Below the pieces are notes generated by a model. That model had not been told where the DNA came from. It saw nothing but the letters and a program-made list of their open reading frames with translations, and searched no databases. Shown one piece after another: positions 1 to 7,728 of a stretch of DNA of 64,000 nucleotides. Both the position numbers and the translations under genes were made by a program. Origin of the DNA: Minisyncoccota bacterium (lineage in GTDB: Bacteria > Patescibacteriota > Microgenomatia > UBA1400 > PJMF01); NCBI GenBank assembly GCA_029881675.1, contig JAOUMD010000001.1:2930-66929 (forward strand). Reading direction: 5' to 3'. Within the stretch, counting starts at the first letter, position 1; each line of letters opens with the position of its first letter.

Positions 1-988
1 AACTATGATGCAGATTGCTGCCCATAGAGCTAATCTAATTGTTGATTGGGATAAAATTATTGTTGTCACAAACAAGCGTTATTCTGATGACATCAAAGAA
101 CAACTACCTAAAATACCTGCCCAAAATATCATCGCAGAACCCGAAAGAAGAGACACTGCCATGGCTATGCTAGCAGGAACACTTTTAGCACAATCTATGG
201 ACCCTAATGCTAATATCTTTAACCTAGCATCAGACCATGTCGTCACAGATGAAGCTGAGTTTGTCAAAGTAATGAATACAGCCCTAGAAGTATCTAGTGC
301 AAAAAAAGATTTAGTTACTGTCGGTATTACAGCTACAACACCAAGTAGTGCCTTTGGCTATATAAAAATTGGTGACCTTATTGAAACCAAAGAAAATAAA
401 CTTTCTGTTTATAAGGTATCTAACTTTACTGAGAAACCAACTAAAGAAGTTGCTCAAGAATTTATTAATACAGGTAAATACTATTGGAATGCTAATATGT
501 ATGTCTGGTCAGCCCATGCACTAATAGAAGCATTTAGAAAGTATCAGCCCAATATTCTAGCCGAGTCAGAAGAACTAGCTTCAATGACTCCAGAAGATTT
601 TCACAAGAACCTTCCTGATGTTTATGGCAAGGTAGAAAAGATTTCTATTGACTATGCAATCAGTGAAAAAGCAGACAACTTAGTCCTAATTCCAGGTAAC
701 TTTGGTTGGGATGACGTTGGTGACTGGAAAGTCATGCATGATCTCTCTCATAAAGACAGCAAAGGTAATGCTGTCATCAAAACAGAAGAAAGCGTAGAAC
801 CAGTTGTAATTGATTCAGCAAATAATTTAATTTATTCAGGAGAAAGATTAATTGCTCTTGTAGGTGTAGAAGATCTAGTTATTGTTGATAGCAAAGATAT
901 CACTTTGATCGTACCTCGTTCAAAAAGTCAGGATGTCAAAAAGATTGTCACCCAACTTAAAGAGGAAAAGAAGAATCAATACTTGTAG
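1..988 (+). CDS. Mannose-1-phosphate guanylyltransferase (GDP-mannose pyrophosphorylase), 5'-truncated by the window edge; ORF is open to position 1
   Basis: Nucleotidyltransferase C-terminal half with 'GYIKIGD...FTEKP...YYWNANMYVW' (like the YLWNSGMF region of ManC/CpsB). The N-terminal G-x-G-T-R-L motif is missing, so the start lies upstream of the window. Confidence 0.7.
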   Translation, partial: TMMQIAAHRANLIVDWDKIIVVTNKRYSDDIKEQLPKIPAQNIIAEPERRDTAMAMLAGTLLAQSMDPNANIFNLASDHVVTDEAEFVKVMNTALEVSSAKKDLVTVGITATTPSSAFGYIKIGDLIETKENKLSVYKVSNFTEKPTKEVAQEFINTGKYYWNANMYVWSAHALIEAFRKYQPNILAESEELASMTPEDFHKNLPDVYGKVEKISIDYAISEKADNLVLIPGNFGWDDVGDWKVMHDLSHKDSKGNAVIKTEESVEPVVIDSANNLIYSGERLIALVGVEDLVIVDSKDITLIVPRSKSQDVKKIVTQLKEEKKNQYL

Positions 989-999
989 AATATAAATAT

Positions 1000-1626
1000 A
1001 TGTCGTCTTACGAATTTCAAAAAAGAATTCTTGATTTAACAATTGCAACTGCACTAATCGTAGCCTTCCTACCATTCTGGATTATCATCCCACTTCTTAT
1101 CTATCTAGAATCAGGAGATCCAATAATCTTTAAACATAAAAGAATTGGTAAGGATGGAAAAGAATTTGAGATATATAAGTTCAGAAGCATGATTCCTAAT
1201 GCAGATGAATATCTCCACTCTGGTAAAGATAAAGAACTATTAAAGAAATTTAAACAAGGTGACTGGAAACTTGAGCATGATCCTAGAATTACCAAATTAG
1301 GCAAAGTCCTTAGATCTCTTACAATTGATGAATTCCCTCAGCTATTCAATGTTCTAAAGGGTGAGATGAGTATGGTTGGTCCACGCGCATACGTCAAAAA
1401 AGAACTTAATGAACAAACAAAGAAATATCCAGCTACCAGAGAATTGGTCAAAGATATCCTCTCGATTAAGCCTGGTATTACCGGTCCATGGCAAACAAGT
1501 GGCCGCAATGAAGTTCCATTCAAACAAAGAGCCAAGATGGATGCTTTATATGCAAGAAAAAAATCTATCCTAAATGATCTCTTAATTGTTCTAAGAACCC
1601 CAAGAGCAATGATTTCCAAGTGGTAA
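1000..1626 (+). CDS. Bacterial sugar transferase (polyprenyl-phosphate hexose-1-phosphate transferase, WbaP/EpsL-like C-terminal domain)
   Basis: One N-terminal TM helix then the Bac_transf signature 'FRSMIPNADE...PRITKLGKVLRSLTIDEFPQLFNVLKGEMSMVGPRA...KPGITGPWQTSGRNEVPF'. Confidence 0.85.
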   Translation: MSSYEFQKRILDLTIATALIVAFLPFWIIIPLLIYLESGDPIIFKHKRIGKDGKEFEIYKFRSMIPNADEYLHSGKDKELLKKFKQGDWKLEHDPRITKLGKVLRSLTIDEFPQLFNVLKGEMSMVGPRAYVKKELNEQTKKYPATRELVKDILSIKPGITGPWQTSGRNEVPFKQRAKMDALYARKKSILNDLLIVLRTPRAMISKW

Positions 1627-1659
1627 TCTAAGACTTATATTTAGTATACTTGTTAAGTA

Positions 1660-3738
1660 ATGCCAAAAGATATTCAGTTACAAGATATTTCAAACACTAT
1701 GTCAGATGAAAAACTAGACTCTCAAGTAGAAAATTTATTTGTCAAAGCAGCAAAAAAAGTTCAAGACGAGCCAGAGGATAACGTGGTTAAAACCACAAAA
1801 GACTCCACAGAAATGTCATCAAAGAGTAATGACTCTAAATCTAAAAAGAAATTTAGTCTCTCAAACCTTTTTAACTCAAAAGGGAAGAAAATTGGATGGG
1901 CTGTTTTCTCTATTTTTTTAATTCTGTTTTCAATTATAGCTGGAGTAGGTTTTTATACTTACCAAGTGGCTATGGAACTAAAGACACAAGGTCTTGAAGC
2001 AAAAACTACTGGTATGGCTACTTATACAAACTTTAAGAACCAAAATTTACCTGGAGCAGAAGCAGAGCTAAATAAACTCAAAGAACAACTCGCTACAATT
2101 AGATCAACTTATTCTAAGCTTAATTTTTATAGAAATGTTCCAATCATTAATAATTATTACTTAGACGGAGAGCATTCTTTTAATGCTGCTGAGGCTGGTC
2201 TTAATGCTGGTGGTAAAACTATTGAAGCAATCGCTCCTTATGCTGATGTACTTGGATTTTCCGGTGAAGGAACTTTTGAAGGAGGATCTGCAGAAAATAG
2301 AATTAAACTTATTCTAGACACCTTAGAAAAAGTAACTCCTATCCTAGATGAAATCCAAGCAAACTTAGACACTGTCAGCACAGAACTAGCTCAAATTGAC
2401 GACAACCGATATCCAGAAGATTTTCAAGGAGTAGCTGTTAGAGAACTAATCGCTCAAGCAAAACAAGGAGCTGGTCAAGCAAACCTATTATTATCTGACT
2501 ACCGACCTATCATTGAATTAATTCCTGACATAGCAGGTTCCAAAGGGGAAAGAAGAAAATACTTAGTCTTATTTCAAAATGATAATGAACTGAGACCAAC
2601 TGGAGGCTTCTTAACTGCCTACTCTGTAATCTATATTGAAGATGGTAAGGTTACTCCAGAGAAATCAGATGATATTTATGAATTGGATAAGAAATTTAAC
2701 AAAAGAATTCCTATTCCAGAAGAACTTGGTCGTTATCTTACATCTGAAAGATACTGGAACCTTAGAGACATGAATACTTCTCCAGATTTCAAGACTTCAA
2801 TGGATCAATTCTTTGAATACTATAAAAATATCCCAGGAGAACCAGATAATATTGATGGAATTATTGCTGTTGATACTCAACTTCTTACAGATCTAATAGA
2901 AGTAGTGGGACCAATTAATATCCCTGGGTATGGAACTTTTAGTGCTGAGATTGATCCTAAATGTGATTGTCCACAAATCATTCTTGCTCTATCTGAAATC
3001 ATCACTAGACCTACTCCATATCTTAGAGAAGATCGTAAAGGGATCTTAGGCCCACTAATGTCTACTATTCTGACAAAGCTTTATTCTTCTCCAAGAACAT
3101 ATATGGCGGACCTATCTAATATTGCACTTAAAGACATCGAAGGTAGACATATCCAAATGTATTTCCTTAATGAAGAATTCCAAAAGTCCGTAGAAGCTAT
3201 TAATGCAGCTGGAAGGTTAGAGGTAAATGATAATGCTCAAGATTCACTTGCGATTGTTAATGCAAATTTGGGTGGGGCAAAATCTAACCTTTTTGTTGAT
3301 TACAATGTTACTCAGACTGTTTCAGATGTAGTAGATGGAAGAATTACTAAAACAGTTGAAATTACCTATAAGAATGACCATAAAGCAGATAACTGTAACT
3401 TAGAAGCTGGATTACTTTGTCTCAATAGTACTCTTAGAGATTGGACCAGACTCTATGTTCCACAAGGTAGTGAACTTGTTGAGGCACAAGGCTTTACAGA
3501 AGAAGCTAAAGTATATGATGAAGCAGGATTTACAGTTTTTGATGGCTTCTTTACCCTTGAACCAATGGCTCAAGCAAAACTAAAGGTTACCTACACAGTT
3601 CCATATACAGATGAAACATATAAGATTAACCTCTGGAAACAAGGTGGTATTAACCCTATCCCTATGATCATGGATGTTACAGGTGGACAAGAAGAAGTCT
3701 TGGTTAATAAAGACTTAATCTATGAGACTGAGTTCTAA
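1660..3738 (+). CDS. Membrane-anchored protein, DUF4012-like, commonly found next to sugar transferases
   Basis: 692 aa. Lys/Ser-rich N-terminus, a single TM segment ('WAVFSIFLILFSIIAGVGFYTY'), then a large extracytoplasmic domain. Sits directly downstream of the sugar transferase. The DUF4012 assignment is from memory of family architecture and is not verified. Confidence 0.5.
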   Translation: MPKDIQLQDISNTMSDEKLDSQVENLFVKAAKKVQDEPEDNVVKTTKDSTEMSSKSNDSKSKKKFSLSNLFNSKGKKIGWAVFSIFLILFSIIAGVGFYTYQVAMELKTQGLEAKTTGMATYTNFKNQNLPGAEAELNKLKEQLATIRSTYSKLNFYRNVPIINNYYLDGEHSFNAAEAGLNAGGKTIEAIAPYADVLGFSGEGTFEGGSAENRIKLILDTLEKVTPILDEIQANLDTVSTELAQIDDNRYPEDFQGVAVRELIAQAKQGAGQANLLLSDYRPIIELIPDIAGSKGERRKYLVLFQNDNELRPTGGFLTAYSVIYIEDGKVTPEKSDDIYELDKKFNKRIPIPEELGRYLTSERYWNLRDMNTSPDFKTSMDQFFEYYKNIPGEPDNIDGIIAVDTQLLTDLIEVVGPINIPGYGTFSAEIDPKCDCPQIILALSEIITRPTPYLREDRKGILGPLMSTILTKLYSSPRTYMADLSNIALKDIEGRHIQMYFLNEEFQKSVEAINAAGRLEVNDNAQDSLAIVNANLGGAKSNLFVDYNVTQTVSDVVDGRITKTVEITYKNDHKADNCNLEAGLLCLNSTLRDWTRLYVPQGSELVEAQGFTEEAKVYDEAGFTVFDGFFTLEPMAQAKLKVTYTVPYTDETYKINLWKQGGINPIPMIMDVTGGQEEVLVNKDLIYETEF

Positions 3739-4267
3739 ATCTAGTCTCTCTGCTGCCCTTATTCTCAAACGCTCTAATACTGGTGAAGCTGATCGAGTGG
3801 TTACTCTTTTTACCAAAGAGAGTGGTCGGATGGTTGTTATTGCCAAAGGTGTTAGAAAACTAAAGTCAACTAAGAGTGCATATCTAGAACCAGGTAACTT
3901 AACTAAAATTCTCCTTATTAAAACCAAATCCATGCCTATCCTTACCCAAGCTTCAATCATAGAAGATACTTCTGACATTAGAACTGATCTAGCTAAAATA
4001 AGACAGATGACCCAGCTACTAGAGATCATAGATAAGTTATTTGTTGAAGAAGAAGTAGAAGAACATGTCTACCAAATGGTAATGAGAATTAGAACAAAGA
4101 TTCTTGATGGTAGTAAGATTAATCTCAAAAAAGATCTTATTACCTTAGTTGAATGGTTGGGATACCAAAACCTCAAAGAAACACAGCATGATAGTATTCT
4201 TGACTATGTAGCAGAGATTACAGGCAAGAAGATGAAGAGCTTTGATTTTCTTAAGCCTAATTCATAG
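3722..4267 (+). CDS. recO: DNA repair protein RecO (short form)
   Basis: N-terminal OB-fold region 'AALILKRSNTGEADRVVTLFTKESGRMVVIAKGVRKLKS' matches the RecO N-domain pattern (G..L..r.ygEsdriv.llT...G...a.aKG.r). Overlaps the upstream gene by 17 nt. Confidence 0.65.
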   Translation: MRLSSKSSLSAALILKRSNTGEADRVVTLFTKESGRMVVIAKGVRKLKSTKSAYLEPGNLTKILLIKTKSMPILTQASIIEDTSDIRTDLAKIRQMTQLLEIIDKLFVEEEVEEHVYQMVMRIRTKILDGSKINLKKDLITLVEWLGYQNLKETQHDSILDYVAEITGKKMKSFDFLKPNS

Positions 4268-4358
4268 AACCCATATTTATTGATATCTCCAGTTATAGTG
4301 ATATAATCATTTAGCAATTTCAATCTATCCGTTTCAATAGCGAAAGCGAGTAATATCA

Positions 4359-4595
4359 ATGGGTATGAAGGTTGAAGTTTTGGATCGTTCTGGTCGCCCT
4401 AAAAGTAACGTTAGCGTTAAAGTGTTATATCAGGGCGGTGGACAAGATAATGGTCAAACAAATGGCAATGGGATATTTGATACAGGTGGAAGTGGAGGCA
4501 GAATCTCTGAAATCTATGTATCGGGTTCAAGCGCCATGACCTCAGGAGGACGTGCAGCCGGTTACAACGACACAGTAACAGTCGAAGTAAACTAA
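4359..4595 (+). CDS. Hypothetical small Gly/Ser-rich protein (78 aa)
   Basis: ORF followed by a clean intrinsic terminator. Gly-rich low-complexity core 'GGGQDNGQTNGNGIFDTGGSGGRISEIYVSGSSAMTSGGRAAG'. No convincing Shine-Dalgarno, so it may instead be non-coding. Confidence 0.3.
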   Translation: MGMKVEVLDRSGRPKSNVSVKVLYQGGGQDNGQTNGNGIFDTGGSGGRISEIYVSGSSAMTSGGRAAGYNDTVTVEVN

Positions 4596-4620
4596 ACTGC
4601 TCTATCCTCTCACCACAAGA

Positions 4621-4649
4621 CAGCGTCTTAACTTAGGCGCTGTTTTTAT
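4621..4649 (+). terminator. Rho-independent terminator
   Basis: Hairpin cagcgtc-ttaactta-ggcgctg followed by TTTTTAT. Confidence 0.6.
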
Positions 4650-4672
4650 ATTAAATGGTATAATAAACCTTA

Positions 4673-4879
4673 ATGTCAGACAAATATAAACCACCGTATC
4701 AAACAAAATTTAAACCAGGAGATAGTGTCAAATATGATAATAAACTCTGGAAAATTGACGGGTGGTGTTTACTATCAGGTAGTGAACATGCTTATGATAT
4801 TAGTACCCCTAGTGGTAAAGGTTTATACATTAAGGGTGTAAAAATTAGTGAAGGCGACAAATACTTCTCCAAAGCCTAA
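4673..4879 (+). CDS. Hypothetical small protein (68 aa)
   Basis: ORF only; 'FKPGDSVKYDNKLWKIDGW' resembles small DUF2158/YodC-like proteins (weak). Ends 4 nt inside the convergent metK. Confidence 0.4.
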   Translation: MSDKYKPPYQTKFKPGDSVKYDNKLWKIDGWCLLSGSEHAYDISTPSGKGLYIKGVKISEGDKYFSKA

Positions 4880-5994
4880 ACCTTCTTCACCACCTTCTCC
4901 CAACTAAACCCATTCCTACCAAAGTGCCCATAAGCAGCTGTTTCTAAAAACTGTGGTCTTTGTAGCTTAAGTTTCTTTATTATTCCACTTACAGATGTAT
5001 CAATTAGTTTCTGGGCAAAGTCGTTAATCTTCTTTGCGGAGACTTTATTTGTCCCAAAGGTCTCAACTTCTTGCATTAATGGTTTCTTAATTCCAATAGA
5101 GTAGGCCAACCTAACTTCTGCTTTCTTAGCTAAACCATGAGCAACAATATTCTTAGCAATATATCTTGCTGCATATGCTCCTGATCTATCTACTTTAGTA
5201 GAATCCTTTCCTGAAAAAGCTCCACCACCCACTCTGGCATAACCACCATAAGTATCTACAATTATCTTTCTACCGGTAAGTCCAGCATCAGAAGTAGGAC
5301 CACCGATATGCCAGACTCCAGTCCCATTCACAATTAAATCTTTAGGACCAATTGAGAATCCGTATTTATCTAAAACAAAGTTAACTACCTGTGAGAGGAT
5401 ATCGACTTTGACATCAGATAATTTAATTTCTTCATCATGAGGGACAGCAATGACTACCTTGGTTACCTCTGATGGTTTATCATTAATATACTTAACACTA
5501 ACCTGTGTTTTTCCATCTGGTCTCAAGTAGGGAAGAATATTCTTTTCTCTAACTTCATCTAGTCTCATTGCTAATTGTTGAGCCAGTTCAATTGGAAGAG
5601 GCATGAAATTCTTTGTCTCATCACAAGCAAAACCAAACATCATCCCTTGGTCTCCAGCCCCTTGATCATCTACTCCTGTGGCTATTTCACTTGATTGCTG
5701 GTGAATATTTACAATGATGGGGGACTTAGTAGTAAACTTAAATCTAGGATCATCAAAGCCTAGCCTTTTGATCTCTCTTCTTGCTATCTTCTTATAATCA
5801 ACTTTCTTTCCTTGGTAGTTAACTTCACCAGCTAGAACTATTTGATCACTACTAACTAATGTCTCTACAGCTACTCTTCCTTTAGGGTCACGTTTAAGAA
5901 TCTCATCTAAAATAGCGTCAGAAATTTGATCTGCAATCTTATCTGGATGACCTGCACAAACAGATTCTGAAGTGAATATATATTCATTTGGCAT
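4876..5994 (-). CDS. metK: S-adenosylmethionine synthetase
   Basis: 'FTSESVCAGHPDKIADQISDAILDEIL', 'GAGDQGMMFGFA', 'GGGAFSGKDSTKVDRSGAYAARYIAKNIVA' are canonical MetK motifs. 372 aa. Confidence 0.95.
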   Translation of the reverse strand: MPNEYIFTSESVCAGHPDKIADQISDAILDEILKRDPKGRVAVETLVSSDQIVLAGEVNYQGKKVDYKKIARREIKRLGFDDPRFKFTTKSPIIVNIHQQSSEIATGVDDQGAGDQGMMFGFACDETKNFMPLPIELAQQLAMRLDEVREKNILPYLRPDGKTQVSVKYINDKPSEVTKVVIAVPHDEEIKLSDVKVDILSQVVNFVLDKYGFSIGPKDLIVNGTGVWHIGGPTSDAGLTGRKIIVDTYGGYARVGGGAFSGKDSTKVDRSGAYAARYIAKNIVAHGLAKKAEVRLAYSIGIKKPLMQEVETFGTNKVSAKKINDFAQKLIDTSVSGIIKKLKLQRPQFLETAAYGHFGRNGFSWEKVVKKV

Positions 5995-6044
5995 AAAAAA
6001 ACCTCCTATGTACTTAAGAGGAGGTAACTATTATTTATTTTGTC

Positions 6045-6142
6045 TTACGACCACATCTTTCCCTCTTAAGTGAATTGGGCACCGTGTCCTTGCCAGAGGC
6101 TCGGTTGCCGGGTGAATTGCTTCACCACTCTTGATGTATATA
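6045..6142 (-). promoter_or_regulatory. SAM-I-family (S-box) riboswitch aptamer in the metK 5' leader. The expression platform continues to about 5995, a CCUCCU...AGGAGG hairpin plus U7 that sequesters the SD immediately before the AUG.
   Basis: Minus-strand RNA reads 'UACAUCAAGAGUGGUGAAGCAAUUCACCCGGCAACCGAGCCUCUGGCAAGGACACGGUGCCCAAUUCACUUAAGAGGGAAAGAUGUGG'. It matches the SAM-I core 'AUCAAGAG.GGUG...CCCGGCAACC...GGUGCCAAUUCC...GAAAGAUG' with P1 closing CAUC/GAUG. P2 is shortened (GGUGAA-GCAA-UUCACC), reminiscent of SAM-I/IV variants. Confidence 0.7.
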
Positions 6143-6224
6143 GATATACTAACAGGAAAATGGCTTGATTTCAATTACCTTAATGATTGTTGACAGTTTC
6201 GGGTTTTATTTGTTCAAATAAAGT

Positions 6225-6470
6225 ATGTACCAAAAAATAGGAGAAAAAATTAAAGTGGCAGGTGTATACAAAGACTATACCTTTCAACCATTTAAATTTC
6301 AGTGGAATGGGCGGCAATTAAAGATTGATAAGATCACTTTGGTTTCTAATATAAAAAATGGTCTTATAAAAAAACGTCTTTATAGCGTCATGATTGGCAA
6401 CGATATCTTTCGCCTACTCTTTGATAGAGAATCAGAGTCTTGGACCATAGATGAAGTCTGGGTTGATTAA
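6225..6470 (+). CDS. Hypothetical small protein translationally coupled to the Y-family polymerase gene (possible polymerase accessory factor)
   Basis: 81-aa ORF ending 2 nt before dinB. An AGGAG at 6240-6244 suggests the true start may be the GTG at about 6256. No recognisable domain. Confidence 0.45.
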   Translation: MYQKIGEKIKVAGVYKDYTFQPFKFQWNGRQLKIDKITLVSNIKNGLIKKRLYSVMIGNDIFRLLFDRESESWTIDEVWVD

Positions 6471-6472
6471 AT

Positions 6473-7717
6473 ATGCCCGACATTAATTGGCAAAACAAAA
6501 TCCTACACATTGATATTAATTCCTATTTTGCCGCCCTCTTACAACAAGAAAATCCCAAGTTAAGAAATAAACCAGTTGGAATAGTCAAAGATGTGGGGAG
6601 AACTTGTATCATTGCTGCTAGTAAAGAAGCTAAGAAACTTGGGGTTAGTACTGGAAGTAATGCTTATGAAGCAAAGCTAAAAGCACCTGACATAGTCTTA
6701 GTACCAGCTCAATTTGATCGCTATCTAGATGCAACCAAAAGACTTAAGAAAATCTTTATGAATGTTAGCCCTAATATTTATATTTATTCCTTAGATGAAG
6801 CCTTTGTTAATATTTCTCACTGTCAGAAATATCTTTATCCAGATGTAGAACAATTAGCAAAAAATATCCAACAACAAATTCAACTAGAACTAGGGGAGTG
6901 GGTAACAAGTAATGTTGGTATTAGTGCTAATTACTTTCTAGCCAAAATTGCCTCAAATATTGCTCCCAAAGGAACTGTCTTAACCATTGATGAAAACAAT
7001 CTTGATGGAATCTTAGCTGAAGTACCTTTTGCAGAAGTTTGTGGAGTTGGCTTAAGATTAGAAAAGAAATTAAAAAAACTTGGTGTCACTAATCCATACC
7101 AGATTAGATTCTACTCTCAAGCAGAACTAGAACTATTCTTTGGACCATTCTGGTCTAGAGAGTTATTAAAAATTGCCTACGGAGAAGAAACTAATCATCT
7201 AGCTTTATTAGAGAAACCGCTTAGTCAAATGAAAAGTGTCAGTCGCTCTATCACTGGCTATCATCTCTACGATGATGAGAAAGAAATTAAAGCCATTATT
7301 TATAATCTAATTAGTGAGGTGATACATAAAGTGAGAAAAATGAACTTGGCAGGTAGGCAAGTCAGTATTTTCTTAAACGGCCAAGATCAATTTTGGGCAG
7401 ATCATCTTACCGTTAAACACTTTATTAATCATGAACAAGAAATGTTTGAAATAATTTATAACAAACTATATAAGAACTGGAAGAGACATTTTAAAATTAT
7501 TAAATTTGGAGTGAGGATGTCACTACTAGAAAAGATGGGCCAAAATTCATTATTACCAAATTGGCAAAAGACAGAAAAGATTCATCAAGCTATGGATGAT
7601 GTGAATGATAAGTATGGCTTATTTACCCTAAGAACTGGAGCGCTACTTAATCAACCAATCATTAAACCAGAAGTAACTGGTTTCTTAGGGGATAGGATAT
7701 ATCAGTTAGGAGAATAA
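6473..7717 (+). CDS. dinB: DNA polymerase IV (Y-family translesion polymerase)
   Basis: 'ILHIDINSYFAALLQ...NKPVGIV' (the catalytic D-x-D/Y-F region), 'SLDEAFVNIS', 'GISANYFLAKIAS'. 414 aa. Confidence 0.85.
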   Translation: MPDINWQNKILHIDINSYFAALLQQENPKLRNKPVGIVKDVGRTCIIAASKEAKKLGVSTGSNAYEAKLKAPDIVLVPAQFDRYLDATKRLKKIFMNVSPNIYIYSLDEAFVNISHCQKYLYPDVEQLAKNIQQQIQLELGEWVTSNVGISANYFLAKIASNIAPKGTVLTIDENNLDGILAEVPFAEVCGVGLRLEKKLKKLGVTNPYQIRFYSQAELELFFGPFWSRELLKIAYGEETNHLALLEKPLSQMKSVSRSITGYHLYDDEKEIKAIIYNLISEVIHKVRKMNLAGRQVSIFLNGQDQFWADHLTVKHFINHEQEMFEIIYNKLYKNWKRHFKIIKFGVRMSLLEKMGQNSLLPNWQKTEKIHQAMDDVNDKYGLFTLRTGALLNQPIIKPEVTGFLGDRIYQLGE

Positions 7718-7728
7718 ATTAAATAAAG

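Noticed and set aside
79-267. Minus-strand 62-aa ORF inside the ManC gene. The same applies to 1101-1304 minus, 1338-1619 minus, 1376-1573 plus, 1739-1921 plus, 3715-4029 minus, 9374-9640 plus, 12534-12761 minus, 20866-21057 plus, 22686-22994 plus, 22945-23142 plus, 25677-25865 minus, 28776-28973 plus, 30623-30997 minus, 31397-31585 minus, 31613-31813 minus, 33007-33303 minus, 34373-34570 minus, 35222-35491 minus, 39578-39772 minus, 41321-41629 minus, 41846-42058 minus, 42295-42492 plus, 42706-42984 minus, 47862-48191 plus, 48920-49150 plus, 49175-49405 plus, 49305-49613 minus, 51226-51465 minus, 51577-51777 minus, 52618-52854 plus, 55177-55374 plus, 55499-55708 minus, 58194-58379 minus, 59114-59638 plus, 60630-60824 plus and 61191-61406 minus.
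   Set aside because: Each is fully embedded in, or antisense to, a much longer ORF with strong motif support. They are short, of low complexity, and without RBS context, so they are treated as spurious.
6141-6224. Looked for a LexA/SOS box (CGAAC-N4-GTTCG or similar) upstream of the small-ORF/dinB pair.
   Set aside because: No palindromic SOS-box-like sequence was found. Only a weak TTGACA-like -35 element is present.
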